Counted from the first letter of the stretch, positions 37,208 through 50,624 are shown. The stretch is 64,000 nucleotides of DNA from Octopus vulgaris (GCA_951406725.2 OX597839.1:22258001-22322000); one strand, 5' to 3'. The notes: generated from the sequence alone by a model not told the origin. Numbers and translations are program-made.

Positions 37208-37593
37208 TATGTATGTATGTATGTATGTATGTATGTATGTATGTATGTATGTATGTATGTATGTATGTATATGTGTGTGTGTATGTATGTATGTATGTAT
37301 GTATGTATGTATGTATGTATGCATGCAGGTGAATGGATAGCTGTTGTCTCTCTTTTTAATTTAGAGTTAATTTTGACTGGTCCCCAAATTGGTAGCAAGG
37401 TTGTGAGGGAAAACCTCTTGTTTTGTTCATCCCCCTTTAAATCTTAAAAAAGTCCTGCAAATTTTCATAGTCACAGATATTGCGATCATTTGTAGACGAT
37501 AAATTAAGGGTTTATATTCTCTCCCCCAAATCCCAAGTTCAACCATACTTTGCTCCAGATGGGTCGGTATGTATCCTGTTGCCCCAGCAGTAA

Positions 37594-37934
37594 AGGGTAA
37601 AGACCCCCTTCGGTCATGAATGACCATGGGATTGCACCTAGAAAGTTACCCTCCTAGACACAAGTCCGGGCAAGGTTGTTTATGGAAGACCAGCAATCGC
37701 CTATGCATACCAGCCTCCCCTCTCCACGCCACCAGTGTTATCCAAGGGAAAGACAAAGGTCGATACAGCTTGACACCAGTGACGTCGCAACTCATTTCTA
37801 CAGCTGAGTGAACTGGAGCAACGTGAAATAAAGTGCTTTGCTCAAGAACACAACACGCAGCCCGGTCCGGGATTCGAGCTCACAACCTCACGATCGTAAG
37901 CTCGACGCTCTAACCACTGAGCCATGCACCTTCA
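37594..37934 (-). mobile_element. SINE family C inserted in the RLE LINE
   Basis: tRNA head at about 37860-37934; CAGTAA repeated at both flanks; removing it restores the LINE frame. Confidence 0.85.
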
Positions 37935-38407
37935 CAGTAATAGGTATGAAATTGAAGGCGTATCTTGGGTACTAGATTTGCAAACTCCTTATCAATGGTC
38001 TAGAGATGCCCTCTTTCTCCTGTATTTTTCTGGCCACATTGGTGTCAAGAAGGCAACTAATTTTCCTTGTGGTCCCACACAGCAATATCTAGCCAGTTGT
38101 GTTGTATGTCTGTAGTCATAGGGGCCAGTTCTCCTATGTAGTTACGCAGCCCATTACACCAATGCTGACAGATGTCAATGAGAACATACAGCCATACATA
38201 CAGCAGTGGGTTCCATCATAAAGTTGACCACAAATGTTCGCATATTCTTATATTTCGGAATGGTCATTTTGCCAGTTTAGCCAATGTTCTTATATTCACT
38301 GATTTGGAAAAAAATGTCCCCATCACTTTCCATTTAATCCCAACAACTGTGTCTCCTTTTTTATTTTCTGCTCCCAACAAGTATATCAGATCTGCTATGG
38401 TTGTATT

Positions 38408-38699
38408 TGTGGGATGACGTCAGCAGCTGGACGTCAGCAGCCGGGTGCGTTGACCGGAAGCTGGGGCAACCGGAAGGGGTCAGCCGGCAGGCGTGCGCAG
38501 GGAGCGGGGAATTGCCCTTTCCAACGTGGGTCGTGCAGGTGACAAGACGTGTGAGGACGTCGCTAAGGGTTTGGGCTAGCAGCTGCTATCGTTAGTGTTC
38601 GGGTCGGGGCTGTGTGGAAGAACTAGTCACCACTGGAGGGTCTCCGTCACTAAGAAGAGAAGGTAGGTGCCTCTATATTCAAATCGCGCACACACTACA
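38408..38699. mobile_element. Solo LTR (292 bp)
   Basis: TGT...ACA termini with a 5-bp TSD GTATT (38403-38407 and 38700-38704); GC-rich; TGACGTCA and two CCGGAAG motifs. Confidence 0.8.
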
Positions 38700-39095
38700 G
38701 TATTTAGAGGGAATTCTACTGGGAACATTCAACTAATATTCCTTGGGTTGGCACCCATGATTTTACCCAATACCAGAGAAAAATGTTTTGTTTTTATTTC
38801 ATTCCAGAACAGTCTTTTCCAATTGTTTTTGTTGCAACATTATACACGAAAAAGTGAGTCCCTCGATGTCATTATGGAGCAGGTGTGGGGATTGTATAAA
38901 TAATGTCTTCTGCAGGTATGTGACAGAATTGACATTTTAAATCAATTGTTGAAGGTTTCAACTCTCACCTTTTCCATCAACAGGATTTTTTGTAGCCATC
39001 TTCTGATCTTGGATTGTAAAGGCAGGATTTTCTAGCTTTGGTGTTATGTAATGGCCAGGAGCCTGAGTCTATGTATGTATGTATGTATGTATGTA

Positions 39096-39156
<61 letters not shown>

Positions 39157-40026
39157 ATGTCTGTTTAGGCATGTATGTATGTATGTATGTATGTATGTAT
39201 GTATGTATGTATGTGTATGTATGTATGTATGTATGTGTGTATGTATGTATGTATGTGTGTGTGTATGTATGTATGTATGTATATATGTATGTGTGTGTGT
39301 ATGTATGTATGTATGTATGTATGTATGTATGTATGTATGTATGTATGTATGTATGTATGTATGTATGTATGTGTGTATGTATGTATGTATGCATGTCTGT
39401 TTAGGCATGTATGTATGTATGTATGTACGTATGTTTCTGAGTGTATGCATGCATATATATATATATGTGTGTGTGTCTGTGTCTATGTGTCTGTGTCTCT
39501 GTGTGTGTGTCTGTATGTGTGTGTATGCATGCATGTATGTGTGTGTATTCATGTATGTATATATGTGTGTGTTTGTGTGTATGTATACATGCTTGTATAT
39601 AAGGATGTTTGTGTGCATGTATGCATGTGTGCATACATCTAAGGTGTTTGTGTGTGTGTATATATATCTAAGTATTTATGTGTGTTTGTGTATCTATGTA
39701 GGTGTGTATGACGTGTGTATGCTTGTAGGTGTGTGCTATTTCTCTCTTTCTATACATGCACACACGTATGCATGTGTGTGGCGGGGGTGCAATGCAGGAA
39801 TAATCTGAATGTTCTGTCTCTAGATTAATCTGAAGTCAAGTGAAATAACAATGAATCCCACACAACAGCAGCAACAGCAACAACAAGAACAGGATGAAGT
39901 GACAAATGGCTTTTATGAGGCAAAACGGTTTAAAGTCGGTCGAAGGAAGCAAAGTGTTTTAATCTTGCTGCCGTCACCAGTTCTCTGGTGTGTAATTGTG
40001 AAAGGTGTAACATCCCACCTGGGCAA

Positions 40027-40250
40027 TGGTGGTGACTGTGGTGGCGGTGGTGGTGGTGGTGGTGGTGGTGGTGGTAGTGGTGGTGGTGGTGGTGGTGACT
40101 GTGGTGGTGACTGTGGTGGTGGTGGTGGTGGTGACTGTGGTGGTGGTGGTGGTGGTGGTGGTGGTGGTGGTGGTGGTAGTAGTGGTGGTGGTGGTGGTGA
40201 CTGTGGTGGTGGTGGTGATGATGGTGGTGGTGGTGGTGGTGGTGGTAGTG
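40027..40250. repeat. (GGT)n microsatellite
   Basis: Directly visible; source of spurious poly-G/P/H/V ORFs. Confidence 0.95.
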
Positions 40251-40778
40251 GCGATCTTTGGAAATTTGTTCCAAATTGGTAAAGAATGGTTGCTGACATT
40301 GGAAATAACCTCAAGATTCCAAGGAATAATTCTAACGCAACATCAGAAGAAAACGATTCCCTTGTAGTAGTGATGGTGGTGTGGGGTGGGGGTGGAGGGG
40401 ATGGACATGGTCGATACCAGGGGAGGGATGGAGGGATGGAGGGATGGAGGGATGGAGGGATTTGAACTTGTCTAATATAACAACCATTGTCTTTATTTTA
40501 TTATCTCAGTAAAATGAAGACAACACGTAAGCAAGTAGTTAGGATCTTTGGATCATGATCACAGGGTTGTAGGTTCAATCCCCAGATTGGATGTGGGGTG
40601 GTGTTCTTTGACTAAGGTGCAGGAGAGGCTGTGTGGTCAAGTAGTTTGTTTATCAACCACATGGTTCTGGGTTCAGTGCCACTGCATGGCACCTTGGGCA
40701 AGTGTCTTTTACTATAGCCTCAGGTCAACCAAAGCCTTGGGAGTGGATTTGGTAGATGGAAACTGAAAGAGGCCTGTA

Positions 40779-40827
<49 letters not shown>

Positions 40828-41972
40828 AACATACATATATATATATATATAAATATACATATATACTATATATATATGTATATATATATATATTTATATA
40901 TATATATATACATATATATACATGTGTGTGTGTGTGTGTGTGTTTGTGTGTGTGCATGTGTTTGTCCCCCACCGTCTCTTGACAACTGGACAACTGGTGT
41001 CGGTGTGTTTACATCCCTGTCACCTTGCAGTTCAGCAAAAGAGACTGACAGAATAAGCACCAGGCTTTAAAAAGTACTGGGATAGATTTGTTTGACAGGA
41101 AAAAAATTCCTCAAGGCAGTGCCCCAGCATGGCCACAGTGTAATGAATGAAACAAGTAAAAGACAAGATAATGGACAATCCCAATATGGCACTCCCGTCT
41201 AAATATGATCAAATATCCTGAAAAAAAATTTTTTTAATCAATAATATTATTCAAAATTCCAAAACTACTGATTCCACAAATAATATTCTTTCTCTCCTTC
41301 ATTTAATAAGTTCCATTATCTCTAATTTCAATTGGATACATTAGCATAATTAGCGTCTTTCTAATTTCATGAGTAAAACATCCACAATTAATTCTTGATT
41401 ATAAATTCTACCAACATTCTGCACTTGTTTCTTGTCTGGTGTTTATTTCTTTGAGAAACACAACTTTGAAATACAGATTAATATTTGGTAGAAATTAAAA
41501 GATACAAGGCGGTGCTCCAGCATGGCCTCAGTCAAATGACTGAAACAAGTAAAAGAGTAAAAGAGTAAAGAGTATACAATGAATGCTAACAAAGTGACCG
41601 TTCAAAGTACACAAAAATACCATACACGCCTTTTGTTGTTTTACTTGCTCCAGCTTGCGGCCATGCTGGAGCATCTTCTTGAAGAGTTTAGTCAAACAAA
41701 CTGACTTGGTATTTATTCATTTATTTATCTTCAATGTCTGGTACTTATTCTATCAGCTTCTTTATGAAGACATAAACAAGCCAATGCTGGTTGTCAAGCA
41801 ATAGGGGAGGGACGGAAACAAGTATAAAGTCACACATACATAATATATATATATATCACCGTGATCACCGTGACCGACCAGGTTATCAGATGTTGCTACA
41901 CATCACTGATCACAATGCGCTTCGCATTGTTTTAGCCTTCAAATGACGCCGCCCGCTGGCTGAATGAGCAGG

Positions 41973-42048
<76 letters not shown>

Positions 42049-42183
42049 CTTTATATAAAGCAGCAGAAAATTCAAGAAAACCTGCTGCTTTAAATAAAGC
42101 ATATTACTCTACCACTGGTATTTGAGTACTCTTTTTTTCCACCTTGTTTCACATTTATGTGTTTACTCCGGTATATATATATA

Positions 42184-42456
42184 TATATAATATTAATTCG
42201 AGACAAAACCACTATTTTGCAAATCAAACAAGGAAAGACTTAATCAATACATAAAAAATTTTAATATAAAGTAAATAAACCGCCACTACAATTGTTTCAT
42301 GTCTCCAAATGACATTTGTCAGGTGGATTTCCGATCTTCTAATCAGTTTTAATTTATGAAGTGAATTACTTTATATTAAAATTTTTTATGTATTGATTAA
42401 GTCTTTCCTTGTTTGATTTGCAAAATAGTGGTTTTGTCTCGAATTAATATTATATA
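42184..42456. repeat. Inverted repeat (arms about 91 bp) with a hammerhead-like motif in the spacer
   Basis: Minus 42283-42326: CCAC-CTGACAA-ATGTC atttgga GACAT-GAAAC-aatt-GTA-GTGG; embedded in (TA)n. Confidence 0.8.
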
Positions 42457-42534
42457 ATATTTTATTATAAAATTGGATTTAATCCTAAATCTGATTTTTT
42501 CCCTGTAAATTTGGATTTATTCCCTAATATTTAT

Positions 42535-42585
<51 letters not shown>

Positions 42586-42597
42586 TGTATGTATATA

Positions 42598-43446
42598 CAC
42601 GGTGTGGTGAATAGACTGTCTAAATTATACAAAAATGAAAATAACACAGACATATAAAAGATATGTTTACCAAAATTACATAAAAATATCTTGAAGTACT
42701 AAAGAGTAAATTTATTCAATAAAATCGCCATTGGCTTCAACCATGGCCTCCAGACGACTTTGGAATCTCCTGCAACTCTTCTGGACGGTCTCCTTGTTTA
42801 AGTTGGTGAATGCTGCCATAATCCTTGCCTTCAGTTCATCTTTGGTGTTACAAGGAGTTTTGTTGGTTTCTCACTCAACTGCACCCTACACATAATAATC
42901 AAGGGGTTTGCAGTCTGGGGAGTTAAGTGACCAGATGTTAGGGGTGATGTGGTCGCAGAAATTGTCTGACAGAAATGACTGGGTTTCTCTGATTGTGTGG
43001 CATGATGCAGAGTCCTATTGCCAGACATAGGTTCTGCCAGTAACCACCCTCTTGGCCCAGGGCAGCACTTGATGTAGGCCTTTGTGTTGAATCTGAGGCT
43101 GTGTGGGAAGATGAATGGAGGCATAACATCGCCATCACTAGCGATCACTCCAAACACCATGATGCTGGCTGGTTGTTTGGTTTTTTATCACTCTCGCTAC
43201 ATGTCCACAGATTGACACCCAAACACTCTGAAATGTTCATAATGGAGCGTCTGGTGTGAATACCAAGCAGTACAGTATGTCATTTCCAAATTTCTGGCTG
43301 AGTGAATTGTGTCTTGGTGCTGTTTTTCTCACAGACGGTGCCCAACTGACCCTACTATACTGTGTAGATGACAAAATCAAAAACAAACTATGCACATGCA
43401 TGAAATTAAAAATATAAAATCGCAACACTTTATCCATCACACCCTG
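42598..43446 (-). mobile_element. maT (DD37D) element, second complete deleted copy
   Basis: Reverse complement of the 12298-13103 family, with TIRs and TA flanks; MVFGVIASDGDVMPPFIFP. Confidence 0.9.
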
Positions 43447-43549
43447 TATGTATGTATGTATGTATGTATGTATGTATGTATGTATGTATGTATGTATATA
43501 TATATATATATATATATATAGTCTTAATAAAACAGGAGATGGAAATGTC

Positions 43550-43751
43550 TTTCAGGGATATAAATGACATCCCATCATCAGAGACAATATGAAAGAGTTA
43601 AAGAGACGGAAATAGTAGAGTTCAATAAAAGACATTATTTTGGAAAGGAGAAAATTACTTCTTATATTGAACCCTATTTCCTTCTATTTAACTCCTTCAT
43701 ATTGTCTCTGATGATGGAATATCTTTTATATCCCTGAAACAGCTGTAAGAC
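43550..43751. repeat. Imperfect inverted repeat with a canonical hammerhead
   Basis: Plus 43704-43751: GTCT-CTGATGA-..stem II..-GAAAC-agct-GTA-AGAC; truncated antisense copy starts at 43550. Confidence 0.8.
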
Positions 43752-46464
43752 TACCCTTCTCTTTAAAAATTTCACACTGCCTTGGCTTTGTTTCACTTTG
43801 TTTAACCTATACATGCTCACACACGACTCGTGTTAGACTTCTCACTCATGCTATTATCGAACCAAGAATCTAACAGTGGTCCTTCCACTTGCTTAGCCTT
43901 ACTTGACTTTTGCATCTTCTGGATACCAAAACCTCTCTCTGTATATATATACATAAAAATAATATATATATATGTGTATAGGTAAGATCTAAGGATCAAG
44001 GTGTAGGAAGTTAGTAAGGTTCAAGCAGTCCATAGAAGGTATAAAAAACAACTTTCGGGAACAAGAGGGGTTTATTGACATAGAATGTTGTAAATTTTTC
44101 CAGTATCGAAGTTCAATAAGCTGAAAAAAAGTTATAATCCACGGGTTGCAACTGGGGTTGCTGTGTATATGAATAAACATCCAAAATTAGAGAATGGAGT
44201 AGGTAAAATCCAAGCTGTGGAGGCGCGTGGCTTAGTGGTTAGGGTGTCAGCATCATGATCGTAAGATTGTGGTTTCAATTCCTGGACCGGGCGACACGTT
44301 GTCTTCTTGAGCAATACACTTCATTCACGTTGCTCCACTCAGCTGGCAAAAAATGAGTAACGCTGCGATGGACTGGCATCTCGTTCATCTGGGGAACACA
44401 TGCGCCATAGAAACCGGGAAACCGGGCCCATGAGCCTGACTAGGCTTTAAAAGGGCTCATTTATTATATTTTTTAAATCCAAGCTACATATGTTTCAAAG
44501 CTAGGAAGTAGTAATTACCCGAACGAGGGGTAAACCACTTACTATTGTGAAGCCAAGCATACCTTTGTCACATGAAGGTTACATTGTCATCAAGGGATTC
44601 GCTCGTAGAAGGTTCGATTGAAATTGTGTGGGAAGCACAGAACGAGAGAAAGAAAGGGAAAACATTTGTGAAATAGGCGCAGGAGTGGCTGTGTGGTAAG
44701 TAGCTTGCTAACCAACCACATGGTTCCGGGTTCAGTCCCACTGCGTGGCATCTTGGACAAGTGTCTTCTACTATAGCCCCGGGCCGACCAATGCCTTGTG
44801 AGTGGATTTGGTAGACGGAAACTGAAAGAAGCCTGTCGTATATATGTATATATATATATGTGTGTGTGTGTGTGTATGTGTGTCTGTGTTTGTCCCCCTA
44901 GCATTGCTTGACAACCGATGCTGGTGTGTTTACGTCCCTGTCACTTAGCGGTTCGGCAAAAGAGACCGATAGAATAAGTACTGGGCTTACAAAGAATAAG
45001 TCCCGGGGTCGATTTGCTCAACTAAAGGCGGCGCTCCAGCATGGCTGCAGTCAAATGACTGAAACAAGTAAAAGAGTAAAAGAGAGAAAAGAGAATAAAG
45101 AAAAAGAGAGGGGAAAGGGTGGGAGAAAATTTAGTAATATTGAAGCTGGCTAAGGGGATGTCTTTACTGGGTAAAATTTGAACTCAGAACATGAAGACAG
45201 ACAAAATGCCAGTAAGAATTTCCCCCAAAGTGCTAACAATTCTGCCAGGTTTGCCACCTTATCCAATATAAATATTATTAGTCACAACCTCAACAGCGGT
45301 GCCCCAGCATGACCACAGCTTTAAAGCTGAAACAGGTTAAAAAGTTAAAGAATCTATCCAACCAAATAAAAAAAAAAGAAATGAAAAATACTGTTAATTA
45401 AAAAAAAAATGCTGATTGTAATTAGGTTGTAATCAAACACAAACTAAAATATAATTAAAACAGGACAGTTTTAATTAGTTTGAATTTTTTTCTTTATTTG
45501 TTTCAGTCATTAGATTATGGCCATGTTGGGGCACTGCCTTGAAGAACTTTTAGTTGAATGAATCAACCCCAGTACTTTCTTTTAAAACCTGGCACTTATT
45601 CTACCATCTCTTTTTGTCGAAGTGCTAAGTTAGAGGGATGTAAACAAACCAACACAGGTTGTCAAGTGGTGGTAGCAGACAAACAGACACAAAAACTCAC
45701 ACACACACACACGCACACACACACATACACATACACGTCAGCTTCTTTCAGTTTCCATCTACCAATCTGCTCACGAGGTGTCTCCACACTGTGGTACTGA
45801 ACCCGGAACCATGTGGTTCGGAAGCAAGCTTCTTACCACACAGCCACTCCTCCGCTTATTAATTAATTTACAAATGTTTCTTAATAAAAAATAGTTGTAA
45901 AAAGTGATACAGGCAAATCCTAATTAATGCTAATGAACCTCAATTGTAGATTAACTGCTTTCAGAAACCTAATAAGATAATAAATTGTAATAATTGGATA
46001 GAATAGGTGCTGCCACCTAACACGATCTCAAAAGGGCCACTAAGAGGTTTTTTATTTTTAAATGTTTATAATGGTATCGGAGCCGTTTCCCCGACAGGTG
46101 AACTGTGACCATTAATGGTTTGGACCCAGGGAACATGCTGTGATTGCCAGATAAACAATTACATATGTTGGCGAAGAAATCAATATAGCAATTAATAAGA
46201 TGCTATTTTTAAGTAAATCACCGGATGTCATTTGGTCGTCTTATCAAAAGGTTTGCTCACAATTTTTCACACACGTGCATGTGTGTATTGTACATTCATG
46301 TGTGTGTGGGTGTGGATGTGGGTGTATGCATCCATACTTTTATATATGTGTGTATATACAGCTGTATAGAGACTATTTTATCAATGGTTTTTATAAACAT
46401 ACACGTCCATTGTTGTTTCATCAAACCAAACGTTAGCCAAACAAATAAGTTCTAACTCATCTAA

Positions 46465-46650
46465 TAATAATAATAATAATAATAATAAACATTGTGTACA
46501 GTGCTCAGGTGCACTACAACTCATCTAAAGTGCATATATAATCAGGTGTAGTTTCGACGGATTTCGGAAAGCATGAGGGCCTTAAAGGATGCAGTGTCAT
46601 GGCAGTCAACAACTGACGCAGGCAGTTTATTCCATGCTTCAGCAACTCTG
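46465..46650 (-). mobile_element. CR1-like LINE 3' end
   Basis: Reverse complement of about 6575-6747, with a (TAA)n tail. Confidence 0.9.
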
Positions 46651-46825
46651 AGCAAATCTGATGAGGTTTAGTTCAAACTACTGTGGCCATGTGGTAAGAA
46701 TATAAATCAATCCATTGATAAAATGTGCTCTGTATTCAACCTTGAGTCCTTCCATGGTTGTGGGCGAACAATATAACTTGATGGGAATCTTCCATATATA
46801 CACAAGTGTACATATGTGATATATA

Positions 46826-47347
46826 CCATAAATCCTCGAGTATAATCTGCATTTTTTTGCCAAAATTTAATGGTCAAAATCCCTAGTGCGTACTATATAC
46901 GAGGTTAAAAATGAAAATTATTTCCTAAGCAATGTCTGAGTCTCTATTTGCTGTCCGGCAATGCTTATTCAGATGAATTTTGTGATGTCAGGCATGAAAA
47001 TATCTTAAGCTAAGCCTGAAAGCAATGAATTCCTAAAAGAATCCTCCATAACTTGCAGTAAGCAACATTTATTAAAATAAAAGTATTCAGAACACAGAAT
47101 AACATGTAACAAAAACAATTTGCAAACATATTTACATTCCCATATAACAGTTAAGAACATCATCATTGTTGTATTACGCATACGCGGAAGTGTTTGTTTG
47201 ACTAGGTGCTGCTGGCTTAATTACGCATGGCTCAAGTTAGAGAAGGGGTGCGTATTATACACAAGGTTTAGGTTTTTCAGAGGTACAGCCTGCTAAAAAT
47301 CCCCTGTGTATTATACTCAAGGGTGGACTATACTCGAAGATTTATGG
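46826..47347. mobile_element. pogo/Tc2-like MITE
   Basis: TIRs TA|CCATAAATCCTCGAGTATA ... TATACTCGAAGATTTATGG|TA, with subterminal TGCGTA.TATAC repeats. Confidence 0.8.
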
Positions 47348-47364
47348 TATATATATATATATAT

Positions 47365-49775
47365 TTGCCAATGTTCTGCACCTTGAGGACGAAAGACTTG
47401 AGGTATTTCGTGTTGCAAGACAGTATGTGAGAGAGAATTGTGACATGGTAGGAGAGAAATGTGTTCGCATGGATGATGGTTCATTTGCGCTGAATGAGGA
47501 TGCAAAGAGAGAGGTTTGGAGACACCACTATGAAAGGTTGCTGAATAAGGAAAATGAATGGGATAAAGAGAGTCTGCTGAATGTTGACCCAACAGAGGGA
47601 CCAGCTATCCGAGTTGACAGTTCCTTGGTAGTTAAGGCAATTAGAAGCATGAAGACAGGGAAAGCCCCAGGCCCATCAGGAATTACTGCAGAGATGCTTA
47701 AAATATCTGGCAGTGTCAGCTATAGCCTAGTCACCTGTATAGTTAGCCAGCTATTACACGAAGGTGTCATACCTAATGACTGGTGTAGCAGCATAATAGT
47801 CAACTGCTACAAAGGTAAAGGTGACACTTTAGATACAAATAATTACAGAGGTATCAAGCTGTTGGATCAGGTAATGAAGGTTACAGAGAGGGTCATAGCC
47901 CAACTGATTAGGGAGAGAGTCAACTTGGATGAGATGCAGTTTGGGTTCATGCCAGGGAAAAGTACCACTGATGCTATATTTATGGTAAGACAGCTGCAGG
48001 AGAAATACCTAGCCAAAGATAAACCTCTGTACATGGCTTTTGTTGACATAGAGAAAGCCTTTGACAGGGTCTTCTGAGGTGGTCAATGAGGAAACTAGGG
48101 ATAGATGAATGGTTAGTGAGAGCTGTGCAAGCCATGTACAGGGACGCTGTAAGTAAGGTGAAGGTGTGCAACGAGTACAGTGAAGAATTCAAGGTAGAGG
48201 TAGGGGTCCACCAAGGTTCAGTCCTCAGCCCCCTCCTATTTATCATAGTCCTCCAGGCAATTACGGAGGAATTCAAGACAGGATGCCTCTGGGAGCTCCT
48301 CTATGCTGATGACCTTGCTCTAATTGCTGAGTCACTATCAGAACTAGAGGCAAAGTTTCAAGTGTGGAGACAAGGATTAGAATCGAAGGACCTTAGAATC
48401 AACCTAGCTAAAACCAAAGTCCTAATATGCCAGAAGGCAGGTAAACCACAAATCCCTTCAGGTAGATGGCCCTGCTCAATCTGTAGTAGAGGCGTAGGTA
48501 GAAACTCTATAAGATGTACCCAGTGTAAGCTATGAACACATAAGAGGTGCAGTAATATCAAAAGAAGGCTAACTGGGATGATAGTTTTTGTATGTGGCAG
48601 ATGCTTTGGAGCAATAAGCACTGAAAATGCGCAGAGAACAACTTCCGCCATATTCCAGGGAGAAAAACTAGAAGTAGTTGATAGCTTCTGTTACCTAGGT
48701 GACCAAGTCAGTAGTGGAGGAGGGTGCGCTGAAAGTGTTGCTGCTAGAATAAGAATAGCTTGGGCAAAGTTCAGAGAGCTCTTACCTCTGCTGGTGACAA
48801 AGGGCCTCTCGCTCAGAGTAAAAGGTAGACTGTATGACGCATGTGTATGAACAGACATGCTACATGGCAGTGAAACATGGGCTGTGACTGCTGAGGACAT
48901 GTGTAAGCTTGCAAGGAATGAAGCCAGTATGATCCGATGGATGTGTAATGTCAGTGAGAGAAAAGTTGGACCTAAGAAGCATCAGATGTGGTGTGCAAGA
49001 GAGACGACTTCGCTGGTATGGTCATGTGGCGAGAATGGATGATGACAGCTGTGTGAAAAAGTGCCATACCCTAGTGGTTGAGGGAACCTGTAGAAGAGGT
49101 AGACCCAGGAAGACCTGGGATGAAGTGGTGAAGCACAACCTTTGAACTTTAGGCCTCACCAAGGAAATGACTAGTGACCGAGACCTTTGGAAATATGCCA
49201 TGCGTGAGAAGACCCGGCAAGCCAAATGAAACCATAATCTCATGGCCTATGCCAGGGGCGTAACCAGCCCACTTATGCGTAACCTTTTCCTTCTTTGGAC
49301 ACTAAAACTCTGCTTGTGAAGACCTGTTGAGGCAAGTGAAATGAAATCAATCAAAAGCAAAATCAAAATCAAATTCGATGACTGGCGTCCATGGGCAGGG
49401 TGCAAAGAGCACCATATGAGCATGATCATTGACAGAGCGGCTAAATGACGTATGTGCCAGTGGCACTCAAAGGGCACCATTCGAGCGTGATCATCACCAA
49501 AGTCACCTTACTGGCACCTGTGCTTGTGGCATGTGTAAAAGGATTCGAGCGAGGTCGTTGCCAGTACCGCCTGACTGGCCCTCATGCCGGTGGCATGTAA
49601 AAAAGCACCCACTACAGTCTCAGAGTGGTTGGCATTAGGAAGGGCATCCAGCTGTAGAAATCTGCCAAATCAAGATTGGAGCCTGGTGCAACCATCTGGT
49701 CCGCCAGCCCTCAGTCAAAATCGTCCAACCCATGCTAGCATGGAAAGTGGACGTTAAACAATGATGATGATGATG
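47365..49775 (+). mobile_element. 5'-truncated RTE LINE: pseudogenised reverse transcriptase plus long 3' UTR
   Basis: KAPGPSGI, NYRGIKLL, QFGFMPGKSTTDAIF, AFVDIEKAFDRV, GVHQGSVLSPLLF, LLYADDL, a Cys-rich PHD-like insert, LRWYGHVARM..RGRPRKTW; several stops and frameshifts; (TGA)n tail. Confidence 0.95.
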
Positions 49776-50624
49776 ATATATATATATATATATATATGTG
49801 GAAGCAGAGTGGCTGAGTTCCTTTCAAGTGTTGGACTTCATGGAGGCAAGGTGGATGAGTCCCTTTTGTATGTTGGGCCTCATGGAGGCAATGACCAGGA
49901 CCTTTGCCATTATGTCGTGCTTGAGAAAACCTACCAAGCTGAGCAAAATCAGTCGTGTTACAGAAATCTGGTGTTACAGAAACCGGCACTCATGCCAGTG
50001 GCATGTAAACACACCCTGGTGTCACACAAATGGCATCCGTGCCAGTGGCATGTAAAAGTACTCATTACACTCTCAGACTGGTTGGCATCAGGAAGGGCAT
50101 CCAGCCGTAGAAAACCATGCCAAAGCAGACTGGAGTCTGGTGCAGCCTTCCAGCTTACCATCCCCGGTCAAACCATCCAATTTTACAATACTGCATATAA
50201 TAATGAAAGTACTTATATAATCACAGTATGTAATATTATAAAACTGTGAAAAATTCAAGAATAAGATGTCCAAATCGGACTGCTGGAATTTCATTGACTT
50301 ATGTAGTTACCTGTGCACAATCATATAAACTTTTGCGTTGTGTGTTGTGTTCTTGAGCAAGACACTTCATTTCACGTTGCTCCAGTTCACTCAGCTGTAG
50401 AAATGAGTTGCAACCTCACTGGTGCCAAGCTGTATCGGCCCCTTTGCCTTCCTCTTGGATAACAACAGTGGTGTGAAGAGGGGAGGTTGGTATGCATGGG
50501 TGACTGCTGGCCTTCCATAAAGCACCTTACCCAGACTTGTACCTCAAAGGAAAACTTTCTAGGTGCTATCCCATGGTCATTCATGACCAAATGGGGTCTT
50601 TACTCTTTTATGTATATATATTTC

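Larger units (their letters stand above)
37330..39065 (-). mobile_element. Decayed RLE-type LINE (CCHC knuckle plus endonuclease) with nested SINE and solo LTR
   Basis: KCQFCHIPAEDII..TCSIM (about 38860-38945); HNWLDIAVWDHKEN..SCLLDTNVARKIQEKE..YPRYAFNFIPI|TAGATGYIP..MKICRTFL, rejoined across the SINE. Confidence 0.75.

Noticed and set aside
39851-40282. ORF MNPTQQQQ...poly-Gly as a host gene
   Set aside because: Length comes from CAG/CAA and GGT repeats; no recognisable domain or convincing splice structure.
47427-49145. Active or domesticated reverse transcriptase gene
   Set aside because: 5'-truncated (no APE endonuclease) with multiple stops and frameshifts; an ordinary dead RTE copy.
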